Shown piece by piece: positions 12,166 through 23,309 of a DNA stretch of 64,000 bases (positions are counted from its first letter, which is position 1; each line of letters starts with the position of its first letter). Under the pieces are notes generated by a model. The model worked only from the letters and a program-made list of their open reading frames with translations, was not told the origin of the DNA and ran no database searches. The translations under genes and the position numbers were made by a program. The stretch lies in the NCBI GenBank assembly GCA_951406725.2, contig OX597822.1:22258001-22322000 (forward strand), read 5' to 3'. The stretch comes from Octopus vulgaris (Eukaryota).

Positions 12166-12657
12166 AACATGCTTTCTATGTTATGTCCCAAGAAGAATTT
12201 ATATATTTTTATATATTTTTTATGTATTTTTATATAATTTTTATGATGAAAAATGCGAGCGATGTATAAGTATGCAGGCAAGCAGAGTTATAACAGAGTA
12301 ATTTCCCTTTATTTAACGGTATTTTTTCATAGCGTTTTCAAATAGCCAGATAACCAAAGAGATGGTGTTGTGGATTTCCACTTCGGCATCTGAAACTCAG
12401 AGTTTTATCTTGACTACCGAGTAATGTAACATATCATTGTATAGATAAATTTCCTCTATTTACATAATATTGAGGTCTCTTTCTTTCTTTTGTTATCTTA
12501 CCGTTTTATCAATATATATATATATATATATATATATTTATGCCAGCAGCAGCAATGTACATGTATGAATGTACATATGTATGTATGTGTACATGAGTGT
12601 GTATGTATATATCTATATGCATGTATATATATGTATTTATACATACACATATCTATA

Positions 12658-12699
<42 letters not shown>

Positions 12700-12730
12700 A
12701 ACACATGTATATATATACATATATATATAC

Positions 12731-12774
<44 letters not shown>

Positions 12775-12885
12775 ATACATGCTTATGTACACACATAGAC
12801 ACATATGTAGCATCCATCACTCATTCTTGTCACCCTACAACTTGTATTAACCACACCTAACCCTGTTCACCATTCACTGCATTCA

Positions 12886-13842
12886 TCTCAATAATACTAA
12901 AACTGTAAGGATGTTTGTCTGTTACCGAAATATCTCAGAAATTGTATATTTTATCTTGATTTGTTTTTACATATTCATTTTCATACTTAGCTTTGGCAGT
13001 GCAGTACAAATTTTTTTGACATTTGGACCTCTATTTAAATTATTAAACACAATTGTTGTTTGTTATTTCTTGACCAAAAAAAAAATACAGTTTCCGTGAT
13101 GTCTACACACATACAGAATGTACACACATAAAATGGATGTCATGGTATGTCAATCAATACAAACACATGTCCACTATCTGTGACATATACACACAGTCTT
13201 CACACTCTCTAAAAAAAATGTCAGCTTTTTGATGCACACAATATTTTAATCATTTAGAAATATTTTTAACTGAATGCGATTTTATCATCCAGAATATGTT
13301 AATTTCTGTAAAAAATTTATATTTATTTACTTTTGTTTTAAAGTGAAAGATGTATGTACATGTATATGAAATGGATATGCGTGTGTGAAAGAGAGAGAGA
13401 GAGTGAGTAAAGGGTTGTGTTGTCATGTATACATACATACATCAATACACATGCATACATCTTTTTTGTATGTATATGTGCAGGTGTGTGTGAGAGAGAG
13501 AGAGGGGTGAATGTGTGTGTTCTCATGTATGTGTAAATGGCTCTCTTTCTCTCTCTCACACACACACATGTCCATTTCATATACACATTCATACATCTTT
13601 CACTTTCTCCCCTCTATCACTTTAAAACAAAAGTAATAGGGGCTTTTCAGGATAAAAATTGTTTTAAAAAAAGGCTTCTACTCATGTAAATTGATTACTA
13701 TTGTTTGAATAGTTCCAATTAAATAAATCCAAAAGTTAGGTTAAATATATATTGCATGCATAAGCAACATGAATTTCTTTTCATAAAACTGGCAAATAAT
13801 TCTGTGAATGCTTTACCGGGCAACACTGGGTAGTAAGTCTAG
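12886..13842 (+). mobile_element. Non-autonomous Helitron
   Basis: a|TC start; 3' hairpin accgggcaacactgggt followed by CTAG|t at 13839-13843; internal inverted repeat ~13325-13400 / ~13540-13637. Confidence 0.65.
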
Positions 13843-14954
13843 TCCCTTATAAACATCTGACTTCTCCACTCCTCATTAATATCACCTCATTTTCCTTCCA
13901 AGCTTTTTCAACTTTATCCAAGCCATTCACTGGTTCTTCTGCATCCACACTCTCTTCTTACAAATTACTACGAGTGTTTTGTCACCTCATCATCACTCTG
14001 TTTCAGCTCCATTCCAGCCTCTTCTATCCACCCATTTAAAATACGAAGTAGCTATGAACCTTCTCTACAGATAACAAATATGTTTTCTACCTCTATCCGA
14101 CCTCTTATCCTTCCCCTCAGTCAAGTGGGCACTTTAGTCTTGCAAGCTACAATGTGACTTCATAAAGGCAAGTCTCATGAAAAAAGCACCCTGCACACTC
14201 TATAGAATGGTTGACATCAGAAAAGGAATCTAGACATAGAAATCATGCCCAAATTGTAATACTGGAGCAAAACATGATCTTCTTGTTCATTGGATTTATC
14301 TGGGTTGCTGCAAAGTGGGACTGAACTTGAAACCATGTGGTTGTAAAACAAACTTTGTTAAACACAAATAGAAATAATAGTTTTTAGAAAATTATGTGTG
14401 TCTACTAGTTGCCCAAGATAACAAATCTTGTATTTAAGAAAAGCCTGTGCAGCCAGTGTTCATTTCAGCTAATATTTATATGCTTAAATAAACAATAAGA
14501 AATGTTAAAGTGAATAATAGTCATACTGTACTGATTTACTCTACAGGTATTTAAAGTATGGAAAAATGTAAGTAATAAATTATATAAGATGAGAGTAATG
14601 CTAAGTTAATTATCGGAAATATTTCAGTTAATGGCAACAGTTTGATACAGAATATATAAGTTATTTTTTTGGACATTTTCATATGTCAAAATGTCAATAT
14701 TTTCAGACAGTATTATACAAATTTAACTCATTATTATCAATATATTATATATTATTAAAATATTAGTGCACTTCTAAATAAAGGGTAAAATAAATCTAAG
14801 TTATTAGTGAGAATTTTCTATGAAGTTAGTTGGAGAAGGAGAGTCAGGGCTCAGGTGACCCTGCAGATCTTCACAGGATTGTGAAACTGAGGACCCTGCA
14901 ATCATTTTTCATTGTTAATTATAGTTATTTTATTATTCCTCAAAGAATATATTG

Positions 14955-15150
14955 ATTTCAAATTCTAGCACAAAGCCAGCAATTTCTGGGGAGGGAGTAA
15001 GTGATTTACATCAACTCCATGTATCAACTGGTACTTATTTTATTGATCCTGAAAGGGATGAAAGACTAAGATGACCTTGGCAGAATTTGAACCCAGAACG
15101 TAAAAATGCACAAAATGCCACTAAGCATTTTGCTGAGCATGCTAAGGACT
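14955..15150 (-). mobile_element. SINE family 3, decayed
   Basis: Reverse complement of the 29812-30030 family (actggtacttattttattga...aaag...gaatttgaaccc). Confidence 0.65.
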
Positions 15151-15239
15151 CTGTTAAAAGAGATGCAACATTGGAAAGAAGAAGTGAGTTGAGTATCTAA
15201 TATTTGTCTGAGAGTGTATGTATATGTGTAAGTTGTAGT

Positions 15240-15260
15240 TATATATATGTGTAATGTATC

Positions 15261-15295
<35 letters not shown>

Positions 15296-15389
15296 GTATA
15301 TATGTATATATATGTGTATATATATATGTATATATATGTATATGTATGTATATGTATGTATATATATAGGTATGTATGTATGTACGTAT

Positions 15390-15429
<40 letters not shown>

Positions 15430-15585
15430 GTATATATGTATATATATGTATATATGTATATATGTATATATGTATATATGTATATATATATATAGATATG
15501 TATATATATGTATATGTATGTATGTATAGATAGATATAGATGTATGTATGTGTGTATTTATATATATATAGATATATATATATAT
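15240..15585. repeat. (TA)n/(TATG)n compound microsatellite
   Basis: Direct reading; source of several spurious Y/I-rich ORFs. Confidence 0.95.
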
Positions 15586-15776
15586 GAAATAACAAATATC
15601 AAAGAATAGAGTAAGCAAATAATTTTAATACTTCCTTTTTAGACATTTCATTATTATTCAATATAATCAATCTTGCGTAATATTGCAACCATGACAGCAA
15701 CTAATGATAAATTTCCATTTGCTATGTAGGATTTCTTTTATAACATGTTGAACATGATTCTTCTGTACAAAACTAC

Positions 15777-15797
15777 ATGTGTGTCTGTGTGTGTGTA

Positions 15798-15841
<44 letters not shown>

Positions 15842-15959
15842 CATCCATCCATCCATCCATCCATCCACCCACCCACCCACCTACCCACCCACCCACCTAC
15901 CTACCTACCTACCTACCTACCTACCTACCTACCTACCTACCTATCTATCTATCTATCTA

Positions 15960-16032
<73 letters not shown>
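15777..16032. repeat. Compound microsatellite (TATC)(CATC)(CACC)(TACC)(TATC)(TC)(TA)(TG)
   Basis: Direct reading. Confidence 0.95.
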
Positions 16033-16036
<4 letters not shown>

Positions 16037-16345
16037 AGGAGCAATGGTCCAGTGGTTAGGGCAGCAGACTCGCAGTCATAGGATCGCGGTTTCGATTCCC
16101 AGACCGGTCGTTGTGAGTGTTTATTGAGCGAAAACACCTATAGCTCGACAAGGCTCTGGCAGGGGATGGTGGCGATCCCTGCTGTACTCTTTCGCCGCAA
16201 CTTTCTCTCACTCTTTCTTCTGTTGGCCTGCTCGCTTAGCCAGCAGGGTGGCGTCATTTGAAGGCTAAAACAAAGCAAAGCGCATTGTGACCAGCGATGT
16301 GTAGCAACATCTGATAGCCTGGTCAGTCACATGATCGTGACATGA
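16033..16345 (+). mobile_element. tRNA-Arg-like SINE, family 4
   Basis: A box TGGTCCAGTGG, anticodon arm gac-TCG-cagtc, B box GGTTTCGATTCC, then a non-tRNA body. Confidence 0.75.
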
Positions 16346-16371
16346 GATATATATATATATCTCATGTCACG

Positions 16372-16669
16372 ATACCAGTGCCAGTGGCACCTAAGAGAAC
16401 CATCCGAACGTGGCCATTACCAGCACCGCCCTGACTGGCCTCAGTGCCGGTGGCATGTTAAAAGCACCATCTGAGCATGGCCGGTGCCAGTCTCGTCTGG
16501 CCTCCGTGCTGGTGGCACATAAAAAGCACCATCCAATCGTGGCCATCTGCCAGCCTCGTCTGGCACGTAAACAGCACCCACTACACTCACAGAGTGATTG
16601 GCATTAGGAAGGGCATCAAGCCATAGAAACACTGCCAGATCGGACGTTAAACGATGATGATGATGATGA

Positions 16670-16672
<3 letters not shown>
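16372..16672 (+). mobile_element. RTE LINE 3' UTR fragment with hairpin subrepeats and (GAT)n tail
   Basis: Matches 56715-57119 with an internal deletion between gccagatc and ggacgttaaac. Confidence 0.85.
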
Positions 16673-16721
<49 letters not shown>

Positions 16722-16725
16722 ATAT

Positions 16726-16822
16726 ATCATCATCATCATCGTTTAACGTCCGATCTGGCAGTGTTTCTATGGCTTGATGCCCTTCCTAATGCCAATCACT
16801 CTGTGAGTGTAGTGGGTGCTGT
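16726..16822 (-). repeat. Inverted duplicate of the adjacent RTE tail
   Basis: Reverse complement of 16571-16667, including the same deletion. Confidence 0.9.
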
Positions 16823-17315
16823 ATATATATATATATATATAAAGTAAATAAGTTAATGTCTGTTCATAGAGTGACCAATGGTTTTGCATCCACAAAGACC
16901 ATAGCCTTGCAGATGCCAGACTCTAAAGCTGAAGACAAAATACATATGCATATATATAGAGAGAGAGAAAGACAGACAGACACAAACATGCACAATTTCA
17001 AAGTTTTTGAACTAACAAATGTTTAATTTGATGCAAGTCATTTTATTTTATGAAGAGAAAATGGGTCGGTTTAGCTTCCAATGGTATTTGTACACATTTC
17101 CTCAGGAATATGTTCATATAATAGTGAGCTAAGGGTATATAATATGTTACACAGTCTCTTCTCTTAATATAGGAAATATAATATACATACTTTCTACTTA
17201 AGCAAAACTCACAGAGTAGGAATACACACACACATATATTTACTAGAACACTCCACCAATGCTTCCACAAAATCAGACTCTTACGTATGTATGTATATAT
17301 ACATATATGTATATA

Positions 17316-17750
17316 TCATCATCATCATCATCATCGTCTAACGTCCGCTCTCCATGTTAGCATGGGTTGGACAGTTCAACTGGGGTCTGGGAAGCCAGAA
17401 AGCTGCACCAGGCCCAGTCTGATCTGGCAGTGTTTCTACAGCTGGATGCCCTTCCTAATGCCAACCACTCCATGAGTGTAGTGGTTGCTTTTTACGTGCC
17501 ACCGGCACAGGTGCCAGACGAGGCTGGCAGATGGCCACGATTGGATGGTGCTTTTTATGTGCCACCAGCACGGAGGCCAGGCAAGACTGGCAATGGCCAC
17601 GCTCAGATGGTGCTTTTCACATGCCACCGGCACTGAGGCCAGTCAGGGCGGTGCTGGCAATGGCCATGTTCGGATGGTTCTCTTACGTGCCACTGGCACT
17701 GGTATCACAGCTACAATTTCCATTGATGTTGATCGATTTCGATTTTGATT
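17316..17750 (-). mobile_element. RTE LINE 3' UTR fragment
   Basis: (ATC)n followed by the reverse complement of the 56690-57119 tail. Confidence 0.85.
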
Positions 17751-17753
17751 ATA

Positions 17754-18050
17754 TATATAGCAATAAGAAAATGGAGGGGATCAATAGGGGTTTCGTTAAC
17801 TTTTAGACATTATATTATGTTAACTTAAACATAATATAATATCTAAAAGTTGATGAACCACCTATTGATCCCCTCCATTTTCTTATTGCTATATAAATTA
17901 ATGATAAAATATCTCTTTACCTTCACCCTTTTAGTACACTCGGTAATGTAATTGCAAGGCAATATACAACACTTGTGTATTAATAATTGGGTATTCTACT
18001 AGCAGTATATTGTGGGTTGGGTTCACAACCTCTAACTTTCTTGGAATTAT
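17754..18050. mobile_element. Fold-back insertion (~65-bp arms, 17754-17895) with a unique extension
   Basis: tatatagcaataagaaaatggagggga...tcccctccattttcttattgctatata; TA-rich flanks. Confidence 0.65.
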
Positions 18051-18117
18051 ATATACACACACACATACATGTATGTATATATGTCTGTATACTCACACAC
18101 ATATATAAAAACTTAGC

Positions 18118-18431
18118 TCCCCGTTGGTTACAACAACAAAGGTTCCAGTGGATCCAATCAATGAAACAGCCTGCTCATGAAAGTGCAAGTGGCTGAGCAT
18201 TCTGTAGACACATGTACCCTTAACATAATTCTCAGGGAGATTTGCTATGATACAGAATGCAACAAAGAGCTGGCCCTCTGAAGTACAGGTACAACTCATT
18301 TTTCCCAGCCAAGTGGACTGGAGCAACATGAAACAAAGTGTCTTGCTCAAGGACACAACACACCACCAGGAAACAAACTCACCTCTTTATGGTTGTAAGC
18401 TGAACACCCTCATCCCTAAACCATGCACCTT

Positions 18432-18432
<1 letters not shown>
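18118..18432 (-). mobile_element. SINE family 2
   Basis: Reverse complement of 5640-5940. Confidence 0.7.
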
Positions 18433-18477
<45 letters not shown>

Positions 18478-18480
<3 letters not shown>

Positions 18481-18642
18481 AGAGTAGCTGTGTGGTGAGT
18501 AGCTTGCTTCCAATCACATAGTCCCAAGTTCAGTCCCACTGCATGGCATCTTGGGCAGGTGTCTTCTACTATAGCCTCGGGCCTTGTGAGTGGATTTGGT
18601 AGACGGAAACTGGAAGAAGCTCGTCATATATGTATGTGTGTG

Positions 18643-18705
<63 letters not shown>

Positions 18706-18915
18706 TTGTGTGTCTGTTTGTACCCCCAGCATCGCTTGACAACCAGTGCTGGTGTGTTTACGTCCCCGTAACTTAGCGTTTCAGGAAAAGAGACCAATAG
18801 TATAAGTACTAGGCTTACAAAGAATAAGCTCTGGGGTCAATTTGCTCGACTATAAAGATGATGCTCCAGCATGGCTGCAGTCAAATGACTGAAACAAGTA
18901 AAAGAGTAAAAGAAT
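18478..18915 (+). mobile_element. SINE family 1
   Basis: tagctgtgtgg A box, agttcagtccc B box, internal (TG)n, aaaagag tail. Confidence 0.85.
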
Positions 18916-20029
18916 ATATATATAGGTATATGTATTTTATTTAATTTAAGTAAATGTATACATTTAGATAATTAGAAAATACTCAAACATCATAAACTTT
19001 TACAATTAATTTTAAGTTGCTGTAAGCCAATAATGATGAATGTGGTTTGATGCTGTTAGTAGTGTTAATGAGGAGGAGGTAGAGAAGAGAAAGAGGATTG
19101 CAACTGTAATGTCTCCACTTTTGTATTATTATTGTTGCTATTGTTGTTGTTGATAGAGAAATGATCATTGAGAAGACGTAATAACTTCCGCACCAAAGTT
19201 GACAGCTAAAATAGATCCATTGTCAATCTCTAATATTTTATCCAAATTTATAACATTATATAATTTTCAATTTTACTTCTGTATCATGTTGAAATTGCTG
19301 CTATCTCTCAATTCTAACAATCGAAGATTAAACAAAGCTGTCTGGAAATTATCAATAAAACACTGAAGAATTGTAAGATTTCCAACCCAAGAAAGTTACC
19401 CCAAACTAGTTTGTGACCAATTAATTAAAGCATTTGCAGAATAGTTATATACAATAGCTATTATGTGCTGCCATTATCTGCTCTGATTGTTTTGCAGTGT
19501 CTGTTTATCCTTAGGATTATTACCTTCATATCATGTGATGTAATGAACTGTGTCTGAATTGGAATTAATGAGACACACTAATGTAAAATCAGCCTTGTCC
19601 TATCATTCAAACCCACCTTGATTTGAAGACAAAGTCCAGATGGCTGGAGGTACGTTTTGGTGCAGCAGATGACCAGGACTTTTATGTAGTACCTTATCAC
19701 ACTCTTAGCATTCCATAAACTGTCTGAAACTATCATTTGCCTGTTAGATTAACTATTGGACTTAATTTATCTGTTCAATCAGTCTTCAGATGCTAGGTGA
19801 TCCCGAGTCACTAAAGGTTTAACACCCAACTTCTATCCAAATCTAGGGATTTATAGAATTTTCATCAACTCAGTTTCATTTACAAGGTTCTTGTTGACCA
19901 ATTGCTATAATAGAAAACTTCACCCAAGGTTCCACACAGTGACATGAATTTTGACATTCATAATCTGACACAAGATCACCATATCTCCAATGCCCCCTCT
20001 CCTCTTAAAGATTCCTTGTCTTGCAAAGT

Positions 20030-20340
20030 TACTTGGTGACCCTGCCAGTGCTGGTACCACTCAAAAAGCATATAGTCCACACTGTAAAGTGGTTAGCATT
20101 TGGAAGAGCAATCAGCTGTAAAAAACCATGCTAAAACTGACCTTTCCTGTGCTGGTGCCACATAAAAAGCACTTAGCTCACTCTGCTGGGTGGTTGATGT
20201 TAGGAAGAGCATCCAGCCTTAAAAACCAGTCCAAAACAGACATAGAAGTATGGTGCAGGCTTCTGCCTGGCCAGCATCTGTCAAACTGCCCAACCCAGGC
20301 CAGCATGGAAGGAGGACATTAAACGATGGTGATGATGATG
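20030..20340 (+). mobile_element. Older RTE LINE 3' tail
   Basis: ggtggttgatgttaggaagagcatccagc...cagcatggaaggaggacattaaacgatggtgatgatgat. Confidence 0.7.
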
Positions 20341-20789
20341 TTCCTATCCCTTTATCATAGTCTTCCCTCTCAAGATCTGGCATAAAGCTATGTCCCTCAA
20401 TATACACCCACTCCCAATCGAGGGGTCTAGTCTTATAAGCTGCTTCTCAATTACATAGTGTTGGTAACACAAAAGTTACCCAGTACACTCTGTAAAGTGG
20501 TTGGCATTAGGAAGGGTATTCATTTGTAACAGACTTTGGAGCTTGACACAATCCTTGACCTGTTGGATCCTGTGAAACCATCCAGCCCATGCCTACATAA
20601 ATTATGAACACTAAATGATGGGCGATAGTAGACTACTATTAATAACTTTAAACATTGAAAGGTCAACACACGAGGCATTTCTTTCCTTTTGTCTTTGTAA
20701 TATTCTTTAATGTTGAAAATGCAAAAGACAGATGAAAGAAATATGAAAAATATAAACCTAATTGTCTTTCTATGTTACAAATTCATTAT

Positions 20790-21510
20790 CAAAGATGTAC
20801 ATGCATAGCAAGTTACCTGATCTGAGATTGTGTGCTGGAACGAAAGCAATTGTAGCGTAGATGTTTATAAGCCATTTAAGAAACACACAAAATCCGTTAG
20901 ATTCACTTCAGCATTTAAATTTAATTTGTCAAAATATTTTCGTCGCATTGAGACCGCGACCTGTTCACTGACAAAATTCCGTACTTCATCTGAGAAAGTA
21001 ACAGTTAGTTCATGATATATATGTATGTGTGCATATATGTATGTATATATGCACGTATGCATGTGTGTACATGTATGTGCATATGCATATGTGTGCATCC
21101 ATATACGCATGTATGTATGTAAGTATGTACATATGTACTTATGTATGTGGGTATTTAGGAGAGTGTGAAGACATGTCTGTGTGTGTGTACATGTGTATGT
21201 GTATGTACATACATAAGTACATACTTACATACATGCATATATGCATGCACACATATGCATACGCACATACATGTACACACATGCATACGTACATACATAC
21301 ATACATACATACATATATACATACATACATATATATCATGAACTAACTGTTACTTTCTCAGATGCAGTACGGAATTATGTCAATGAACAGGTCGCGGTCT
21401 CAAAGCGACAAAAATATTTTGACAAATTAAATTTAAATGTTGAAGTGAATCTAACGGTTTTTGTGTGTTTCTTAAATGGCTTATAAACACCTTCTACGCT
21501 GCAATTGTTT
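20790..21510. mobile_element. Fold-back insertion of family A: ~170-bp inverted arms around a palindromic (TATG/CATA) microsatellite spacer
   Basis: 20843-21015 is the reverse complement of 21336-21510. Confidence 0.85.
20925..20975 (-). ncRNA. Minimal type-I hammerhead ribozyme variant with G3-C8 core
   Basis: Minus strand: tttgtca-GTGAACA-g-gtcgc(ggtctcaat)gcgac-GAAA-atat-TT-tgacaaa; 7-bp stem I, 5-bp stem II, palindromic AAAATATTTT at stem III. Confidence 0.75.
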
Positions 21511-22379
21511 AAATTCATTATCCTTTTTATGTTTCTTGTTATTATTAGAGCCTTGTGACAAATAAAGGAAAACATCATCATCACTACAATCATCATCATC
21601 AACAACAAGAGCTGTAGATTTGCAGAATCATTAAGTTAGGCTGCACTTCCACTTCTTTTTCGCGATATCTAAGCTAAGAAACTTCTCTAGTTTTCTAACA
21701 GTTCTTCATTGTTTACTTTCATCTTACTTGTATTATTAACATGCTCATATTTCAATTCACTTGTGGCGAAGCTAGCCATTTTCTTTTCGTCCATTTCACT
21801 GTGGTTCTTTGTGCTATTTCAATTCCCTTGTGGCAAAGCCAGTCACTCTTTGACAACTCCTGGCTATAAGACTATAAAAACACATGGCTTTCCTCCCAAA
21901 TCTTCTTTCTTGCTGTGCTGTGCTATTTGACACTGTCATATCACAGCACGAAATGTCCAGCTGCTAAGCTAAGAAATTCTGCTGCTTTTTAATCGTTCAT
22001 CATTTCTCTTTGTATTACTCCCATGCCAAATGATCCTAAGTTAAATGAACTTTGTAACTTTAATGCGAAGCTAGCCTGTACTTCCATTTCTTTTTTGCAA
22101 TGCACCCACCCTTCCCCACCCCCACCACCAATACCGGAAATCCTTTCTCTCGTACTGGAAGTCCCTTCTCTCGCATGCCAGTAATCCCTTCTCTCGTATA
22201 CCGGTAATCTCTTTACCATGAAATCTCTTCCCTCATACTGAAAACTCCCACAGAACTCTGCTTCACTTCTACACCAGCAGCTCTACATACCTCCATCCCT
22301 CAATCTCTTCCAAACCAGCTTCCTCTCCTCTCCCTCTCTCTCTATATATATGGGGAAAGTAAGAAGAAAAAGTTGCGAA

Positions 22380-23030
22380 AATGCACATTGGATATAAAAC
22401 AATAAAGGCTTTTTTATTAAAAGTAACAATAAATATATACAAATAGATGAACTGAGGTAGAATTAAGAGGAATAAAAGTCATTATTTTGAATTGTTAATG
22501 TGATTCAAAGTATCATCAAATACTGTTCACTAGCTGTAAATGAGCACCAATTTCCAAATGGTGTCAGGTCTACTAGTCCCTGAGTAAAAAGATTATGTGT
22601 AAGGGAGGTAAGTAGTTCTGGACATGGTGCAATTAGGGTAAGTATAATACTGTAATATGACTGGTGTATGGGATGTATGGGTGTTAGTCGTATTATTGGT
22701 AAGGTTAGTAGTGTTCTGTATTATGATATGTATTCATGTTAAGTTGTGGATGATATTTATTGATGAAAGTTGCCTCTTTATTCATTCTTTGCTGTCTGAT
22801 GTGTCCTGTGAACAATGATAGAAAGGGAAAAATTAGGAAGTTAGGATCAAGGTTCCTAGCACACCTCTCTATGTGTTCACTGACCTGTATCTGTCTGTAT
22901 TATGGATAGTGGATTTGTTCTTTGTGAAGAGTGGTTCTTTGACAGAGTGATATTCCTGTTTGGCCAATATATTGATTACCGCACCCTAAGCAGGTAATGG
23001 CATAGATTAGGTTTTCCAAGGCACATATTC
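22380..23030 (-). mobile_element. 3' end of a Penelope-like element (GIY-YIG fragment plus 3' UTR), flanked by TA repeats
   Basis: Minus strand ~22735-23020 reads LENLIYAITCLGCGNQYIGQTGISLCQRTTLHKEQI...EHIERC...KEATFINKYHPQLN, with frameshifts. Confidence 0.8.
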
Positions 23031-23031
23031 C

Positions 23032-23085
<54 letters not shown>

Positions 23086-23309
23086 GGACTAACCTAACCA
23101 AATAGCAGCACATTTACTTAATGTAACATTGGCATATTTATACCTATCTTTGCAGCTGCAGTAACTCATATTTACAATGCTTACCTTACTCTCATCCCCA
23201 GTAGAGGCAGCAATTTTAACTTGTTTGAATGATGATAGGTTAAAAGCGAGAGCAGCTGTTATGACATGTCTGGTATCAAACAATCATAGAAATCTTTTTT
23301 TCAGGTGCT

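Larger units (their letters stand above)
11650..12510 (+). mobile_element. 5'-truncated Penelope-like element with inverted partial pseudo-LTR, inserted in (TA)n
   Basis: 11650-11748 is the reverse complement of ~12343-12441; a GIY-YIG ORF lies between; (TA)n on both flanks. Confidence 0.85.

Noticed and set aside
16035-16110. Genuine tRNA-Arg gene
   Set aside because: The acceptor stem does not close and the sequence continues into a SINE body.
15239-16127. Long Y/I/C/V-rich ORFs here and at 12490-12850, 21029-21346, 40769-41203 and 57835-59267
   Set aside because: Translations of TA, TG and tetranucleotide microsatellites.
22470-22545. Expected hammerhead in the 3' UTR of the 22380-23030 Penelope fragment
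   Set aside because: GTGAACA and TTGATGA both occur on the minus strand, but neither is followed by a stem II, GAAA and a closing stem I.
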